The translations under genes were made by a program, and so were the position numbers. The notes beneath the pieces are model-generated. The model had not been told where the DNA came from, did not search any database, and saw nothing but the letters and a program-made list of their open reading frames with translations. Shown piece after piece: positions 23,836 through 34,991 of a stretch of DNA of 64,000 nt. The DNA comes from Escherichia coli. Lineage in GTDB: Bacteria; Pseudomonadota; Gammaproteobacteria; Enterobacterales; Enterobacteriaceae. The stretch lies in assembly GCF_003018235.1 (NCBI RefSeq), contig NZ_CP027437.1; one strand, given 5' to 3'. The first letter of the stretch is position 1. Every line of letters begins with the position of its first letter.

Positions 23836-25535
23836 GCCAGAGAATTACTATTGATCCGGTAACCCGTATTGAGGGGCATTTACGCATCGATTGCGAAATC
23901 GAAAATGGCGTCGTTTCGAAAGCATGGGCTTCCGGTACCATGTGGCGCGGCATGGAAGAGATCGTGAAAAACCGCGATCCGCGCGATGCATGGATGATTG
24001 TGCAACGTATCTGTGGCGTATGTACTACCACTCACGCGCTGTCTTCCGTTCGTGCGGCAGAGAGTGCGCTGAATATCGACGTTCCGGTTAACGCGCAATA
24101 CATCCGTAACATCATTCTGGCTGCGCACACCACGCATGACCATATCGTTCATTTCTATCAACTTTCGGCGCTGGACTGGGTGGACATCACTTCTGCACTG
24201 CAAGCTGACCCAACCAAAGCCTCCGAAATGCTGAAAGGCGTTTCGACCTGGCATCTGAACAGTCCGGAAGAGTTCACTAAAGTTCAGAACAAGATCAAAG
24301 ATCTGGTTGCCAGCGGTCAGTTGGGAATTTTCGCCAATGGCTACTGGGGTCACCCGGCGATGAAACTGCCGCCGGAAGTGAACCTGATTGCGGTAGCGCA
24401 CTACCTGCAGGCGCTGGAGTGCCAGCGTGACGCTAACCGCGTCGTGGCGCTGCTGGGCGGTAAAACGCCGCACATTCAGAACCTGGCAGTAGGTGGGGTC
24501 GCTAACCCGATCAACCTCGACGGTCTGGGCGTGCTGAATCTTGAGCGTCTGATGTACATCAAGTCCTTCATCGACAAGCTGAGCGACTTTGTTGAGCAGG
24601 TTTATAAGGTTGATACCGCGGTTATCGCCGCGTTCTACCCGGAATGGCTGACGCGCGGTAAAGGTGCGGTGAACTACCTGAGCGTGCCGGAATTCCCGAC
24701 CGACAGTAAAAACGGCAGCTTCCTGTTCCCGGGCGGCTACATTGAGAATGCGGATCTGTCCTCGTATCGTCCGATCACTTCTCATTCCGATGAATACCTG
24801 ATCAAAGGCATTCAGGAAAGCGCGAAGCACTCCTGGTATAAAGACGAAGCGCCGCAGGCACCGTGGGAAGGCACCACCATTCCGGCTTATGATGGTTGGT
24901 CTGACGACGGGAAATATTCCTGGGTGAAATCACCGACTTTCTACGGCAAAACGGTAGAAGTGGGTCCGCTGGCTAATATGCTGGTGAAACTGGCGGCAGG
25001 TCGCGAATCTACCCAGAATAAACTGAATGAAATCGTTGCGATTTATCAGAAACTGACTGGCAACACGCTGGAAGTGGCGCAGCTGCACTCCACGCTGGGC
25101 CGTATTATTGGTCGTACCGTTCACTGCTGCGAATTGCAGGATATCCTGCAAAATCAATACAGTGCACTGATCACCAATATCGGCAAAGGCGATCACACCA
25201 CCTTTGTTAAGCCGAACATTCCGGCAACGGGTGAGTTCAAAGGTGTTGGCTTCCTCGAAGCGCCGCGCGGTATGCTCTCTCACTGGATGGTGATCAAAGA
25301 CGGTATTATCAGTAACTACCAGGCAGTTGTTCCATCAACCTGGAACTCTGGCCCGCGTAACTTCAATGATGACGTCGGTCCTTACGAGCAGTCGCTGGTG
25401 GGTACACCGGTTGCCGATCCGAATAAACCGCTGGAAGTGGTGCGTACCATTCACTCCTTCGACCCGTGCATGGCCTGTGCGGTACACGTAGTGGATGCCG
25501 ACGGCAACGAAGTGGTTTCAGTGAAGGTTCTGTAA
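23832..25535 (+). CDS. hybC: Hydrogenase-2 large subunit (NiFe)
   Basis: 567-aa ORF; N-terminal RICGVC and C-terminal DPCMACAVH nickel-binding motifs. Confidence 0.95.
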   Translation: MSQRITIDPVTRIEGHLRIDCEIENGVVSKAWASGTMWRGMEEIVKNRDPRDAWMIVQRICGVCTTTHALSSVRAAESALNIDVPVNAQYIRNIILAAHTTHDHIVHFYQLSALDWVDITSALQADPTKASEMLKGVSTWHLNSPEEFTKVQNKIKDLVASGQLGIFANGYWGHPAMKLPPEVNLIAVAHYLQALECQRDANRVVALLGGKTPHIQNLAVGGVANPINLDGLGVLNLERLMYIKSFIDKLSDFVEQVYKVDTAVIAAFYPEWLTRGKGAVNYLSVPEFPTDSKNGSFLFPGGYIENADLSSYRPITSHSDEYLIKGIQESAKHSWYKDEAPQAPWEGTTIPAYDGWSDDGKYSWVKSPTFYGKTVEVGPLANMLVKLAAGRESTQNKLNEIVAIYQKLTGNTLEVAQLHSTLGRIIGRTVHCCELQDILQNQYSALITNIGKGDHTTFVKPNIPATGEFKGVGFLEAPRGMLSHWMVIKDGIISNYQAVVPSTWNSGPRNFNDDVGPYEQSLVGTPVADPNKPLEVVRTIHSFDPCMACAVHVVDADGNEVVSVKVL

Positions 25536-26029
25536 TGCGTATTTTAGTCTTAGGGGTCGGCAATATTTTGCTGACCGATGAAGCCATCGGCGTGCGGATT
25601 GTCGAAGCGTTAGAGCAACGATACATTCTGCCGGATTATGTTGAGATCCTCGATGGCGGCACGGCGGGAATGGAGCTGCTTGGCGACATGGCAAATCGCG
25701 ATCATCTGATTATTGCGGATGCCATTGTGTCGAAAAAGAACGCGCCGGGAACGATGATGATCCTGCGGGATGAAGAAGTTCCGGCGTTGTTTACCAACAA
25801 AATCTCTCCGCATCAGCTTGGCCTGGCCGACGTATTGTCGGCCCTGCGCTTCACCGGTGAGTTTCCGAAAAAGCTGACGCTGGTCGGCGTGATCCCGGAA
25901 TCGCTGGAGCCGCACATCGGCTTAACGCCGACGGTCGAAGCGATGATTGAACCTGCGCTTGAGCAGGTTCTGGCTGCGCTGCGCGAATCAGGCGTGGAAG
26001 CCATCCCACGGGAGGCGACTCATGACTGA
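25535..26029 (+). CDS. hybD: Hydrogenase-2 maturation endopeptidase
   Basis: 164 aa from ATG at 25535 (MRILVLGVGN), overlapping the hybC stop (TAATG). Confidence 0.9.
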   Translation: MRILVLGVGNILLTDEAIGVRIVEALEQRYILPDYVEILDGGTAGMELLGDMANRDHLIIADAIVSKKNAPGTMMILRDEEVPALFTNKISPHQLGLADVLSALRFTGEFPKKLTLVGVIPESLEPHIGLTPTVEAMIEPALEQVLAALRESGVEAIPREATHD

Positions 26030-26510
26030 AGAGATAGCAGGTTTCCAGACCTCCCCGAAGGCGCAAGTACAGGCAGCTTTTGAAGAAATTGCCCGGCGTT
26101 CGATGCATGATCTCTCTTTTCTGCATCCTTCAATGCCGGTGTATGTTTCTGACTTTACGCTGTTCGAAGGTCAGTGGACGGGGTGTGTGATCACCCCGTG
26201 GATGCTGAGTGCAGTTATCTTCCCCGGCCCGGATCAACTCTGGCCGCTGCGCAAAGTGAGTGAAAAAATTGGTCTGCAACTGCCGTATGGCACCATGACC
26301 TTTACCGTTGGCGAACTGGACGGTGTTTCGCAATACCTCTCCTGCTCGCTGATGTCGCCGCTTTCGCACAGCATGTCGATTGAAGAGGGCCAACGCCTGA
26401 CGGATGACTGCGCACGAATGATCCTTTCGCTGCCAGTCACGAATCCGGATGTACCACACGCAGGGCGTCGCGCCCTGCTGTTTGGCCGCAGGAGTGGCGA
26501 AAATGCATGA
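26022..26510 (+). CDS. hybE: Hydrogenase-2 operon chaperone
   Basis: 162 aa from ATG at 26022 (MTEEIAGFQ). Confidence 0.85.
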   Translation: MTEEIAGFQTSPKAQVQAAFEEIARRSMHDLSFLHPSMPVYVSDFTLFEGQWTGCVITPWMLSAVIFPGPDQLWPLRKVSEKIGLQLPYGTMTFTVGELDGVSQYLSCSLMSPLSHSMSIEEGQRLTDDCARMILSLPVTNPDVPHAGRRALLFGRRSGENA

Positions 26511-26844
26511 GTTGTCGCTTTGCCAGAGCGCCGTTGAAATTATCCAACGGCAGGCGGAGCAGCACGATGTTAAGCGCGTCACCGCCGTGTGGCTGGAAAT
26601 TGGCGCGCTCTCCTGCGTTGAGGAGAGCGCCGTCCGTTTTAGTTTTGAAATTGTCTGCCACGGAACGGTGGCGCAAGGGTGCGATTTACATATCGTCTAT
26701 AAACCCGCCCAGGCCTGGTGCTGGGATTGCAGCCAGGTGGTGGAGATTCATCAGCACGATGCGCAGTGTCCGCTCTGTCATGGCGAGCGGTTGCGTGTCG
26801 ATACCGGCGATTCGCTGATCGTCAAAAGTATTGAAGTTGAATAA
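26503..26844 (+). CDS. hybF: Hydrogenase nickel-incorporation protein (HypA paralogue)
   Basis: 113 aa from ATG at 26503; CxxC...CxxC zinc motif. Confidence 0.9.
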   Translation: MHELSLCQSAVEIIQRQAEQHDVKRVTAVWLEIGALSCVEESAVRFSFEIVCHGTVAQGCDLHIVYKPAQAWCWDCSQVVEIHQHDAQCPLCHGERLRVDTGDSLIVKSIEVE

Positions 26845-26856
26845 CCGGAGTTAACA

Positions 26857-27105
26857 ATGTGTATTGGCGTTCCAGGCCAGGTGCTGGCTGTCGGTGAAGA
26901 TATTCACCAGCTTGCGCAGGTTGAAGTATGTGGTATCAAGCGCGACGTGAATATCGCCCTGATTTGTGAAGGTAACCCTGCCGATCTGCTGGGCCAGTGG
27001 GTGCTGGTACACGTCGGATTTGCCATGAGCATCATCGACGAAGATGAAGCCAAAGCCACATTAGACGCGCTGCGCCAAATGGATTACGACATTACCAGCG
27101 CGTGA
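26857..27105 (+). CDS. hybG: Hydrogenase maturation factor (HypC paralogue)
   Basis: 82-aa ORF beginning MCIGVPGQV, the HypC-family signature. Confidence 0.9.
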
Positions 27106-27113
27106 TGATTAAA

Positions 27114-27130
27114 GCCGGATGCGGCGTAAA
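27114..27130. repeat. Left half of a REP palindromic unit (gccggatgcggcgtaaa) split by the IS insertion
   Basis: Matches the first half of the E. coli REP consensus; the complementary half (gctttatccggctaca) lies at 28568-28583 beyond the IS. Confidence 0.7.
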
Positions 27131-27655
27131 TTGAACTGCACCCCAAATGTTGGACACAATCTGACATCTGAAGGTGCAGTTTATGAAACATTCATTTGAA
27201 GTAAAACTTGCCGCTGTAAATCATTACCTGGCCGGTCATGCAGGCATCATTTCTACGGCAAAACTCTTTCAACTTTCTCACACCAGCCTCTCACACTGGA
27301 TTAATCTTTTTCTTCTTCACGGTCCTCAGGCACTGGATTGCAGACACAAGCGTAGCTATTCTCCTGAAGATAAACTTTGCGTGGTTCTTTATGCTCTCGG
27401 GCATTCTGAGTCTCTACCCCGGGTAGCTGCCCGGTTTAACATTCCCAGCCACAACACGGTTAAAAACTGGATAAAAGGCTACCGCAAATCTGGTAATGAG
27501 GCCTTTATCAGGCGCAGGAAGGAGAAAAGCATGACCCGTTCTGATGATACCCATGAAAACGAGGCAAACATGACGCCGGAAGAGATGAAGAATGAGCTGC
27601 GTTATCTTCGCGCAGAAAATGCATATCTGAAAGCCATGCAGGAGCATCTCCTGGA

Positions 27656-28563
<908 letters not shown>

Positions 28564-28610
28564 AAATGCTTTATCCGGCTACATAGCGATAAGCCTGCCA
28601 ATGTTGCGAC

Positions 28611-29477
28611 TTACCCCTGACGCTTATCTTCCGTATTCGTCTCGAAATCACTGGCGTCATGGCGTTCATGCAACTGCTCGTTCAGCGGTCCGTTGGTGCG
28701 GTTAACAATACGCCCACGCTTCACCGCCGGACGTTCGCCCACTTCTTTCGCCCAGCGTTGTACGTGTTTATAACTACCTGCATCAAGAAACTCTGCGGCA
28801 TCATACACGCCGCCTAACACCACGTTGCCAAACCACGGCCAAATCGCCATATCCGCAATGGTGTACTCATCGCCCGCAACAAACTTATGCTGCGCCAGTT
28901 GCTTATCCAGCACGTCGAGCAGGCGCTTGGCTTCCATAGTAAAGCGGTTGATGGCGTACTCAATTTTCACCGGCGCGTAATGGTAAAAGTGACCAAAACC
29001 ACCGCCGAGGAACGGCGCGGCACCCTGTAACCAGAACAGCCAGTTCAGCGTTTCAGTCCGTTTTGCCAGATCCTGCGGCAGGAAGTAGCCAAATTTCTCC
29101 GCCAGATAAAGCAGAATCGATCCAGACTCAAACACGCGGATCGGCGGAGTATGGGTATGGTCGCGCAGCGCCGGGATCTTCGAGTTTGGGTTCACTTCGA
29201 CAAAGCCGCTGGAGAATTGATCGCCATCGCCAATACGAATCAGCCAGGCGTCGTACTCTGCACCAGTAACGCCCAGCGCCAGCAGCTCCTCAAGCATAAT
29301 CGTTACTTTCTGACCGTTCGGCGTTCCCAGTGAATAGAGTTGCAGCGGATGTTTGCCCACCGGCAGCGTTTTTTCATGCGTCGGACCAGAAACCGGGCGA
29401 TTGATATTGGCGAACGCGCCGCCAGCGGATTTATCCCACGTCCAGACTTTCGCGGGCTGATAAGTATTGTCTGTCAT
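28611..29477 (-). CDS. yghU: Glutathione S-transferase-like protein
   Basis: 288 aa from ATG at 29477 (MTDNTYQPAKVW). Confidence 0.85.
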   Translation of the reverse strand: MTDNTYQPAKVWTWDKSAGGAFANINRPVSGPTHEKTLPVGKHPLQLYSLGTPNGQKVTIMLEELLALGVTGAEYDAWLIRIGDGDQFSSGFVEVNPNSKIPALRDHTHTPPIRVFESGSILLYLAEKFGYFLPQDLAKRTETLNWLFWLQGAAPFLGGGFGHFYHYAPVKIEYAINRFTMEAKRLLDVLDKQLAQHKFVAGDEYTIADMAIWPWFGNVVLGGVYDAAEFLDAGSYKHVQRWAKEVGERPAVKRGRIVNRTNGPLNEQLHERHDASDFETNTEDKRQG

Positions 29478-29681
29478 AGTGAGTTGCCTTCTCAGTGGTA
29501 GTGTTGAAGCAGTGTAGCAGGTCACTTGCTGTACAGAATGTGAATTTTTTAACCCTTTGCGCCAGCCGCTGCGATGAGGTGTATGATTAGTCTGACCTCT
29601 GTCCGGTTAATGTCGCTGAGCAGGTAATCAGAGCACAACAATTACGCCAACTGCTTAGGTTGTATTGTTAAAGGTAAAGTG

Positions 29682-31541
29682 ATGAGCAAAGGAACGACCA
29701 GCCAGGATGCCCCGTTCGGGACATTATTGGGCTACGCCCCAGGTGGGGTAGCAATCTACTCTTCAGATTACAGTTCTCTCGATCCGCAGGAATACGAAGA
29801 TGACGCCGTATTCCGTAGCTATATCGACGACGAATATATGGGCCACAAATGGCAATGCGTTGAATTTGCTCGCCGTTTTCTCTTTCTGAATTACGGTGTG
29901 GTCTTCACTGACGTGGGTATGGCGTGGGAGATTTTCTCGCTGCGCTTCCTGCGTGAAGTGGTTAATGACAACATCCTGCCATTGCAGGCATTTCCTAATG
30001 GCTCGCCGCGTGCACCGGTCGCGGGCGCGCTTCTTATCTGGGATAAAGGCGGTGAATTTAAAGACACTGGCCATGTCGCCATCATTACCCAATTGCATGG
30101 CAACAAAGTCCGTATTGCGGAACAGAACGTGATTCATTCCCCGTTACCGCAAGGGCAACAGTGGACACGCGAGCTGGAGATGGTGGTCGAAAACGGCTGC
30201 TATACCCTTAAAGACACGTTTGATGACACCACCATTCTCGGCTGGATGATCCAGACGGAAGATACTGAATACAGCTTACCGCAGCCGGAAATTGCAGGCG
30301 AGCTGCTGAAAATCAGCGGAGCGCGCCTGGAAAACAAAGGTCAGTTTGACGGTAAATGGCTGGATGAAAAAGATCCGCTACAAAACGCCTATGTGCAGGC
30401 CAACGGTCAGGTGATCAATCAGGATCCGTATCATTACTACACCATTACCGAGAGTGCCGAGCAGGAGCTGATTAAAGCCACCAACGAGCTGCACCTGATG
30501 TATCTTCACGCCACCGACAAGGTGCTGAAAGATGACAACCTGCTGGCGCTGTTCGACATCCCAAAAATCCTCTGGCCACGTTTGCGTCTCTCCTGGCAGC
30601 GTCGCCGTCACCATATGATCACCGGTCGTATGGATTTCTGTATGGACGAACGTGGCCTGAAGGTCTACGAATACAACGCCGATTCCGCCTCCTGTCATAC
30701 CGAAGCGGGCTTGATCCTCGAACGTTGGGCGGAGCAGGGCTATAAAGGCAACGGCTTCAATCCGGCGGAAGGGCTGATTAACGAACTGGCTGGTGCCTGG
30801 AAACACAGTCGTGCACGTCCGTTTGTCCATATCATGCAGGACAAAGATATCGAGGAAAACTATCACGCGCAGTTTATGGAGCAGGCGCTGCACCAGGCGG
30901 GCTTTGAAACGCGTATCTTGCGCGGGCTGGATGAACTGGGCTGGGATGCTGCCGGGCAACTGATTGATGGGGAAGGGCGACTGGTTAACTGCGTGTGGAA
31001 AACCTGGGCGTGGGAAACCGCGTTTGATCAGATTCGTGAAGTTAGCGACCGTGAGTTTGCTGCGGTGCCGATCCGTACCGGTCATCCGCAAAATGAAGTG
31101 CGTCTTATCGACGTATTGCTGCGCCCGGAAGTGCTGGTCTTTGAACCTCTGTGGACAGTGATCCCCGGCAACAAAGCGATTCTGCCGATCCTCTGGTCGC
31201 TGTTCCCGCACCATCGTTACCTGCTGGATACCGATTTCACTGTTAATGATGAACTGGTAAAAACAGGTTACGCAGTGAAACCGATCGCCGGTCGCTGTGG
31301 CAGTAACATCGACCTCGTCAGCCATCATGAAGAGGTGCTGGACAAAACCAGCGGTAAATTTGCCGAGCAGAAAAACATCTATCAGCAACTGTGGTGTTTG
31401 CCGAAAGTGGACGGTAAATACATTCAGGTATGTACCTTCACCGTTGGCGGCAACTACGGTGGGACGTGTTTGCGCGGTGATGAATCACTGGTCATTAAAA
31501 AAGAGAGTGATATTGAACCGTTAATTGTGGTGAAAGAGTAA
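29682..31541 (+). CDS. gss: Bifunctional glutathionylspermidine synthetase/amidase
   Basis: 619 aa; N-terminal CHAP amidase and C-terminal ATP-grasp synthetase; MSKGTTSQDAPFGTLLGY. Confidence 0.9.
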   Translation: MSKGTTSQDAPFGTLLGYAPGGVAIYSSDYSSLDPQEYEDDAVFRSYIDDEYMGHKWQCVEFARRFLFLNYGVVFTDVGMAWEIFSLRFLREVVNDNILPLQAFPNGSPRAPVAGALLIWDKGGEFKDTGHVAIITQLHGNKVRIAEQNVIHSPLPQGQQWTRELEMVVENGCYTLKDTFDDTTILGWMIQTEDTEYSLPQPEIAGELLKISGARLENKGQFDGKWLDEKDPLQNAYVQANGQVINQDPYHYYTITESAEQELIKATNELHLMYLHATDKVLKDDNLLALFDIPKILWPRLRLSWQRRRHHMITGRMDFCMDERGLKVYEYNADSASCHTEAGLILERWAEQGYKGNGFNPAEGLINELAGAWKHSRARPFVHIMQDKDIEENYHAQFMEQALHQAGFETRILRGLDELGWDAAGQLIDGEGRLVNCVWKTWAWETAFDQIREVSDREFAAVPIRTGHPQNEVRLIDVLLRPEVLVFEPLWTVIPGNKAILPILWSLFPHHRYLLDTDFTVNDELVKTGYAVKPIAGRCGSNIDLVSHHEEVLDKTSGKFAEQKNIYQQLWCLPKVDGKYIQVCTFTVGGNYGGTCLRGDESLVIKKESDIEPLIVVKE

Positions 31542-31556
31542 TACATGTTGTAGCAA

Positions 31557-31591
31557 CCCTGCACTGATTATGAAGAATAATCAGTGCAGGG
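31557..31591 (+). terminator. Perfect 15-bp-stem hairpin after gss (ccctgcactgattat-gaaga-ataatcagtgcaggg)
   Basis: Read directly; no U-tract follows, so it may be a terminator or an RNA-stability element. Confidence 0.5.
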
Positions 31592-31832
31592 ATTAATCAA
31601 AATATTCAATATTTATATATTCCAATATTTATTCATTTCATATGTGAATGTATTAACCAGTGGAATACCTGTGTTTTGATTATTTCTAAAGGTTTTGAAT
31701 GAATGCTTATTATCTGATACACAAGAAATAACACTCTTTTTATCGTTAAAAAATGATATTTCACTTTGCCCACGCCGTTAAAGTCACTGATAATGCGTCC
31801 GTTCGTAAATTCAAAATGGCGTAATCTAATAT

Positions 31833-33332
31833 ATGCTAAATTTATTTGTTGGCCTTGATATATACACAGGGTTTTTGTTATTACTTGCTCTGGCATTTGT
31901 GTTGTTCTACGAAGCAATCAATGGTTTTCATGACACGGCGAATGCGGTGGCAACCGTTATTTATACTCGTGCCATGCAGCCACAGCTTGCCGTGGTGATG
32001 GCGGCATTTTTTAACTTTTTTGGCGTATTGCTAGGCGGACTTAGCGTTGCCTATGCCATTGTCCATATGTTGCCAACCGATTTGTTGCTGAATATGGGGT
32101 CAACTCACGGCCTGGCGATGGTCTTTTCCATGCTGCTGGCGGCGATTATCTGGAACCTGGGAACGTGGTTCTTTGGTTTACCGGCCTCCAGTTCGCATAC
32201 CTTGATTGGTGCGATTATCGGCATCGGTTTAACCAACGCGCTGTTAACCGGCTCATCGGTGATGGATGCGTTAAACCTGCGTGAAGTGACCAAAATTTTC
32301 TCCTCGCTGATTGTTTCCCCTATCGTCGGCCTGGTCATTGCGGGAGGCCTGATATTCCTGCTGCGCCGCTACTGGAGCGGGACGAAAAAGCGTGACCGTA
32401 TTCACCGCATTCCGGAAGATCGCAAAAAGAAAAAAGGCAAACGTAAGCCACCATTCTGGACGCGTATTGCGCTGATTGTTTCCGCTGCGGGCGTGGCGTT
32501 TTCGCACGGCGCGAACGACGGGCAGAAAGGGATCGGCCTGGTGATGCTGGTACTGGTGGGGATTGCCCCTGCTGGTTTCGTCGTCAATATGAATGCGTCC
32601 GGCTATGAAATTACCCGTACCCGCGATGCCGTCACCAACTTTGAACACTATCTGCAACAGCATCCTGAACTGCCGCAGAAGTTGATTGCGATGGAACCTC
32701 CATTGCCTGCGGCATCGACTGATGGCACGCAAGTAACGGAGTTTCACTGTCATCCGGCAAATACCTTTGATGCGATTGCGCGCGTTAAAACGATGCTGCC
32801 AGGCAATATGGAAAGTTACGAGCCGTTAAGCGTGAGTCAGCGCAGCCAGCTGCGCCGCATTATGCTGTGCATCTCTGATACCTCCGCGAAGCTGGCGAAA
32901 CTGCCAGGCGTCAGTAAAGAAGACCAGAACCTGCTGAAAAAACTGCGCAGCGATATGTTAAGCACCATTGAGTACGCTCCGGTGTGGATCATCATGGCAG
33001 TAGCTCTGGCGCTCGGCATTGGCACCATGATTGGCTGGCGTCGTGTAGCGATGACCATCGGTGAGAAGATTGGTAAGCGCGGCATGACGTATGCGCAAGG
33101 CATGGCGGCACAAATGACGGCGGCAGTGTCTATCGGCCTTGCCAGTTATATTGGGATGCCCGTCTCCACAACACACGTCCTCTCGTCTGCGGTAGCAGGG
33201 ACGATGGTGGTGGACGGCGGTGGGTTACAGCGTAAAACGGTAACCAGCATCCTGATGGCGTGGGTGTTTACTTTACCGGCGGCGATTTTTCTTTCTGGTG
33301 GGTTGTACTGGATAGCATTGCAGTTGATTTAA
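31833..33332 (+). CDS. pitB: Low-affinity inorganic phosphate transporter
   Basis: 499-aa hydrophobic ORF of the PiT family; synteny. Confidence 0.9.
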   Translation: MLNLFVGLDIYTGFLLLLALAFVLFYEAINGFHDTANAVATVIYTRAMQPQLAVVMAAFFNFFGVLLGGLSVAYAIVHMLPTDLLLNMGSTHGLAMVFSMLLAAIIWNLGTWFFGLPASSSHTLIGAIIGIGLTNALLTGSSVMDALNLREVTKIFSSLIVSPIVGLVIAGGLIFLLRRYWSGTKKRDRIHRIPEDRKKKKGKRKPPFWTRIALIVSAAGVAFSHGANDGQKGIGLVMLVLVGIAPAGFVVNMNASGYEITRTRDAVTNFEHYLQQHPELPQKLIAMEPPLPAASTDGTQVTEFHCHPANTFDAIARVKTMLPGNMESYEPLSVSQRSQLRRIMLCISDTSAKLAKLPGVSKEDQNLLKKLRSDMLSTIEYAPVWIIMAVALALGIGTMIGWRRVAMTIGEKIGKRGMTYAQGMAAQMTAAVSIGLASYIGMPVSTTHVLSSAVAGTMVVDGGGLQRKTVTSILMAWVFTLPAAIFLSGGLYWIALQLI

Positions 33333-33342
33333 TCTTCCTGAA

Positions 33343-33370
33343 AATGCCCGGTCCTGGCGATCGGGCATTT
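33343..33370. terminator. Stem-loop between convergent pitB and yghT (aatgcccg-N12-cgggcatt)
   Basis: 8-bp perfect stem followed by tccattttt. Confidence 0.55.
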
Positions 33371-33380
33371 CCATTTTTGA

Positions 33381-34073
33381 CTAGTGATACCCACGCGCGG
33401 TCATAAAATCCGTAATCGCTTTTTCTGCATCAACCAGTACCTTTTCCAGTGGCTGATTGGCGTCGATATCAACCAGTTGTGCACCACCAAAGGTTAACTG
33501 TGGCGTTATGGCTATCTTTCTTGCCAGCGATTCCCTTTTGTGGTCAGGCTTACGCGCGCAGGCCACGTCTAGATCGACATTGAGTTTGATGACCAGATCA
33601 GGTTTATGGCTCGCCATCCAGTGAAACGCTTTACGTTCCTGGCTTGCCAGCCATGAGACAAAACGACCACCTTCAATGTTAGGTGGGAACACTGTACCAT
33701 CGTAAGCGCCAGGAATTTGGTCCTGAGGATAACGGTCGGTTAGAACAATTAACCCGCGACGACGACAGGCAAGCATATGACGAAAGCGCAGTAAGCGACG
33801 GGCGACAAACGCTGTAATTACCAGCGCCGGAACAGGGCCAGGCAATTTTTTTGCTGTTTTCACCTGATTTCGTTCAATTGTTTTATGTAAGGATTTTCCC
33901 ATCAACGGTAATTTTGTCACTGCACGACCGACATTTCCGGCCTGTTTTCCTAAATGAACTCTTTCGGCTGCACCATATTTTTCGACAACGGTAATGAGAT
34001 GTTCACACACCGTTGACTTGCCTGAACCATCGCTACCAATAACGGCAATTAATGGAGGTGTTATTGACTGCAT
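33381..34073 (-). CDS. yghT: P-loop NTPase, kinase-like; paralogue of YghS and YghR
   Basis: 230-aa ORF; Walker [10 protein letters not shown]; shared C-terminal motif RKPDH with YghS/YghR. Confidence 0.8.
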   Translation of the reverse strand: MQSITPPLIAVIGSDGSGKSTVCEHLITVVEKYGAAERVHLGKQAGNVGRAVTKLPLMGKSLHKTIERNQVKTAKKLPGPVPALVITAFVARRLLRFRHMLACRRRGLIVLTDRYPQDQIPGAYDGTVFPPNIEGGRFVSWLASQERKAFHWMASHKPDLVIKLNVDLDVACARKPDHKRESLARKIAITPQLTFGGAQLVDIDANQPLEKVLVDAEKAITDFMTARGYH

Positions 34074-34246
34074 GAATATATCCTTTAATTTAAATATCCA
34101 TTAAAAATATTTATTTGGTTAATATGTTTTTATGAAAGCGTAATTCAGGTCAATGTCACAATTAACCATTGTCACAATAAGGTTGAACGGATATTCTGAG
34201 CACGGACCACGTAATATTCAATACATTATTTGCTGCCGGGTTTTTC

Positions 34247-34960
34247 GTGAATCAACGTAATATGTCAATAATTAATTCCACGCCAGTGCGTGTTATTGCC
34301 ATTGTAGGATGTGATGGTTCAGGTAAATCGACCCTCACGGCAAGCCTGGTAAATGAACTGGCAGCAAGAATGCCAACAGAACACATTTATCTCGGGCAAT
34401 CGTCCGGGCGAATTGGCGAATGGATTTCACAGCTCCCTGTTATTGGCGCACCTTTTGGGCGTTATTTGCGAAGTAAAGCGGCACATGTGCACGAAAAGCC
34501 CTCAGCACCGCCTGGCAATATTACTGCGCTGGTTATCTATCTGCTTTCCTGCTGGCGGGCGTACAAGTTTCGCAAAATGTTGTGTAAAAGCCAGCAAGGC
34601 TATCTGCTCATCACCGACCGCTACCCGCAGGTTGAAGTGCCGGGTTTTCGCTTTGATGGCCCGCAATTGGCAAAAACCACGGGCGGTAACGGTTGGATAA
34701 AAATGTTAAGGCAGCGCGAGCTGAAGCTGTACCAATGGATGGCGTCTTATTTGCCCGTATTGTTGATTCGTCTTGGCATTGATGAACAAACCGCGTTTGC
34801 GCGTAAACCTGACCACCAACTGGCAGCGTTACAGGAAAAAATCGCCGTTACGCCGCAACTGACATTCAATGGCGCAAAGATCCTTGAACTGGATGGTCGG
34901 CAACCAGCCGATGAAATTATGCAAGCGTCACTACGCGCAATTCACGCCGCGCTTTCCTGA
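34247..34960 (+). CDS. yghS: P-loop NTPase, kinase-like; paralogue of YghT and YghR
   Basis: 237-aa ORF; Walker A GCDGSGKST. Confidence 0.8.
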   Translation: MNQRNMSIINSTPVRVIAIVGCDGSGKSTLTASLVNELAARMPTEHIYLGQSSGRIGEWISQLPVIGAPFGRYLRSKAAHVHEKPSAPPGNITALVIYLLSCWRAYKFRKMLCKSQQGYLLITDRYPQVEVPGFRFDGPQLAKTTGGNGWIKMLRQRELKLYQWMASYLPVLLIRLGIDEQTAFARKPDHQLAALQEKIAVTPQLTFNGAKILELDGRQPADEIMQASLRAIHAALS

Positions 34961-34991
34961 TCACCAAAATGGATAGGGGATGATTTAACGA

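Noticed and set aside
23880-24830. 316-aa ORF antisense to hybC
   Set aside because: Shadow ORF opposite the NiFe hydrogenase large-subunit gene.
25947-26021. N-terminal extension of hybE and similar extended ORFs for hybD, hybF, glcF and glcG
   Set aside because: Each maximal ORF overlaps the upstream gene; the internal ATG sits right at the upstream stop codon and gives the expected protein length, so the extensions are read-through artefacts.
30378-31388. 336-aa ORF antisense to gss
   Set aside because: Embedded opposite gss with no motifs; judged a spurious frame.
31633-31917. 94-aa minus-strand ORF in the gss-pitB intergenic region
   Set aside because: It lies in AT-rich promoter DNA, overlaps the pitB start, and its translation is low-complexity with no RBS; probably not a gene.
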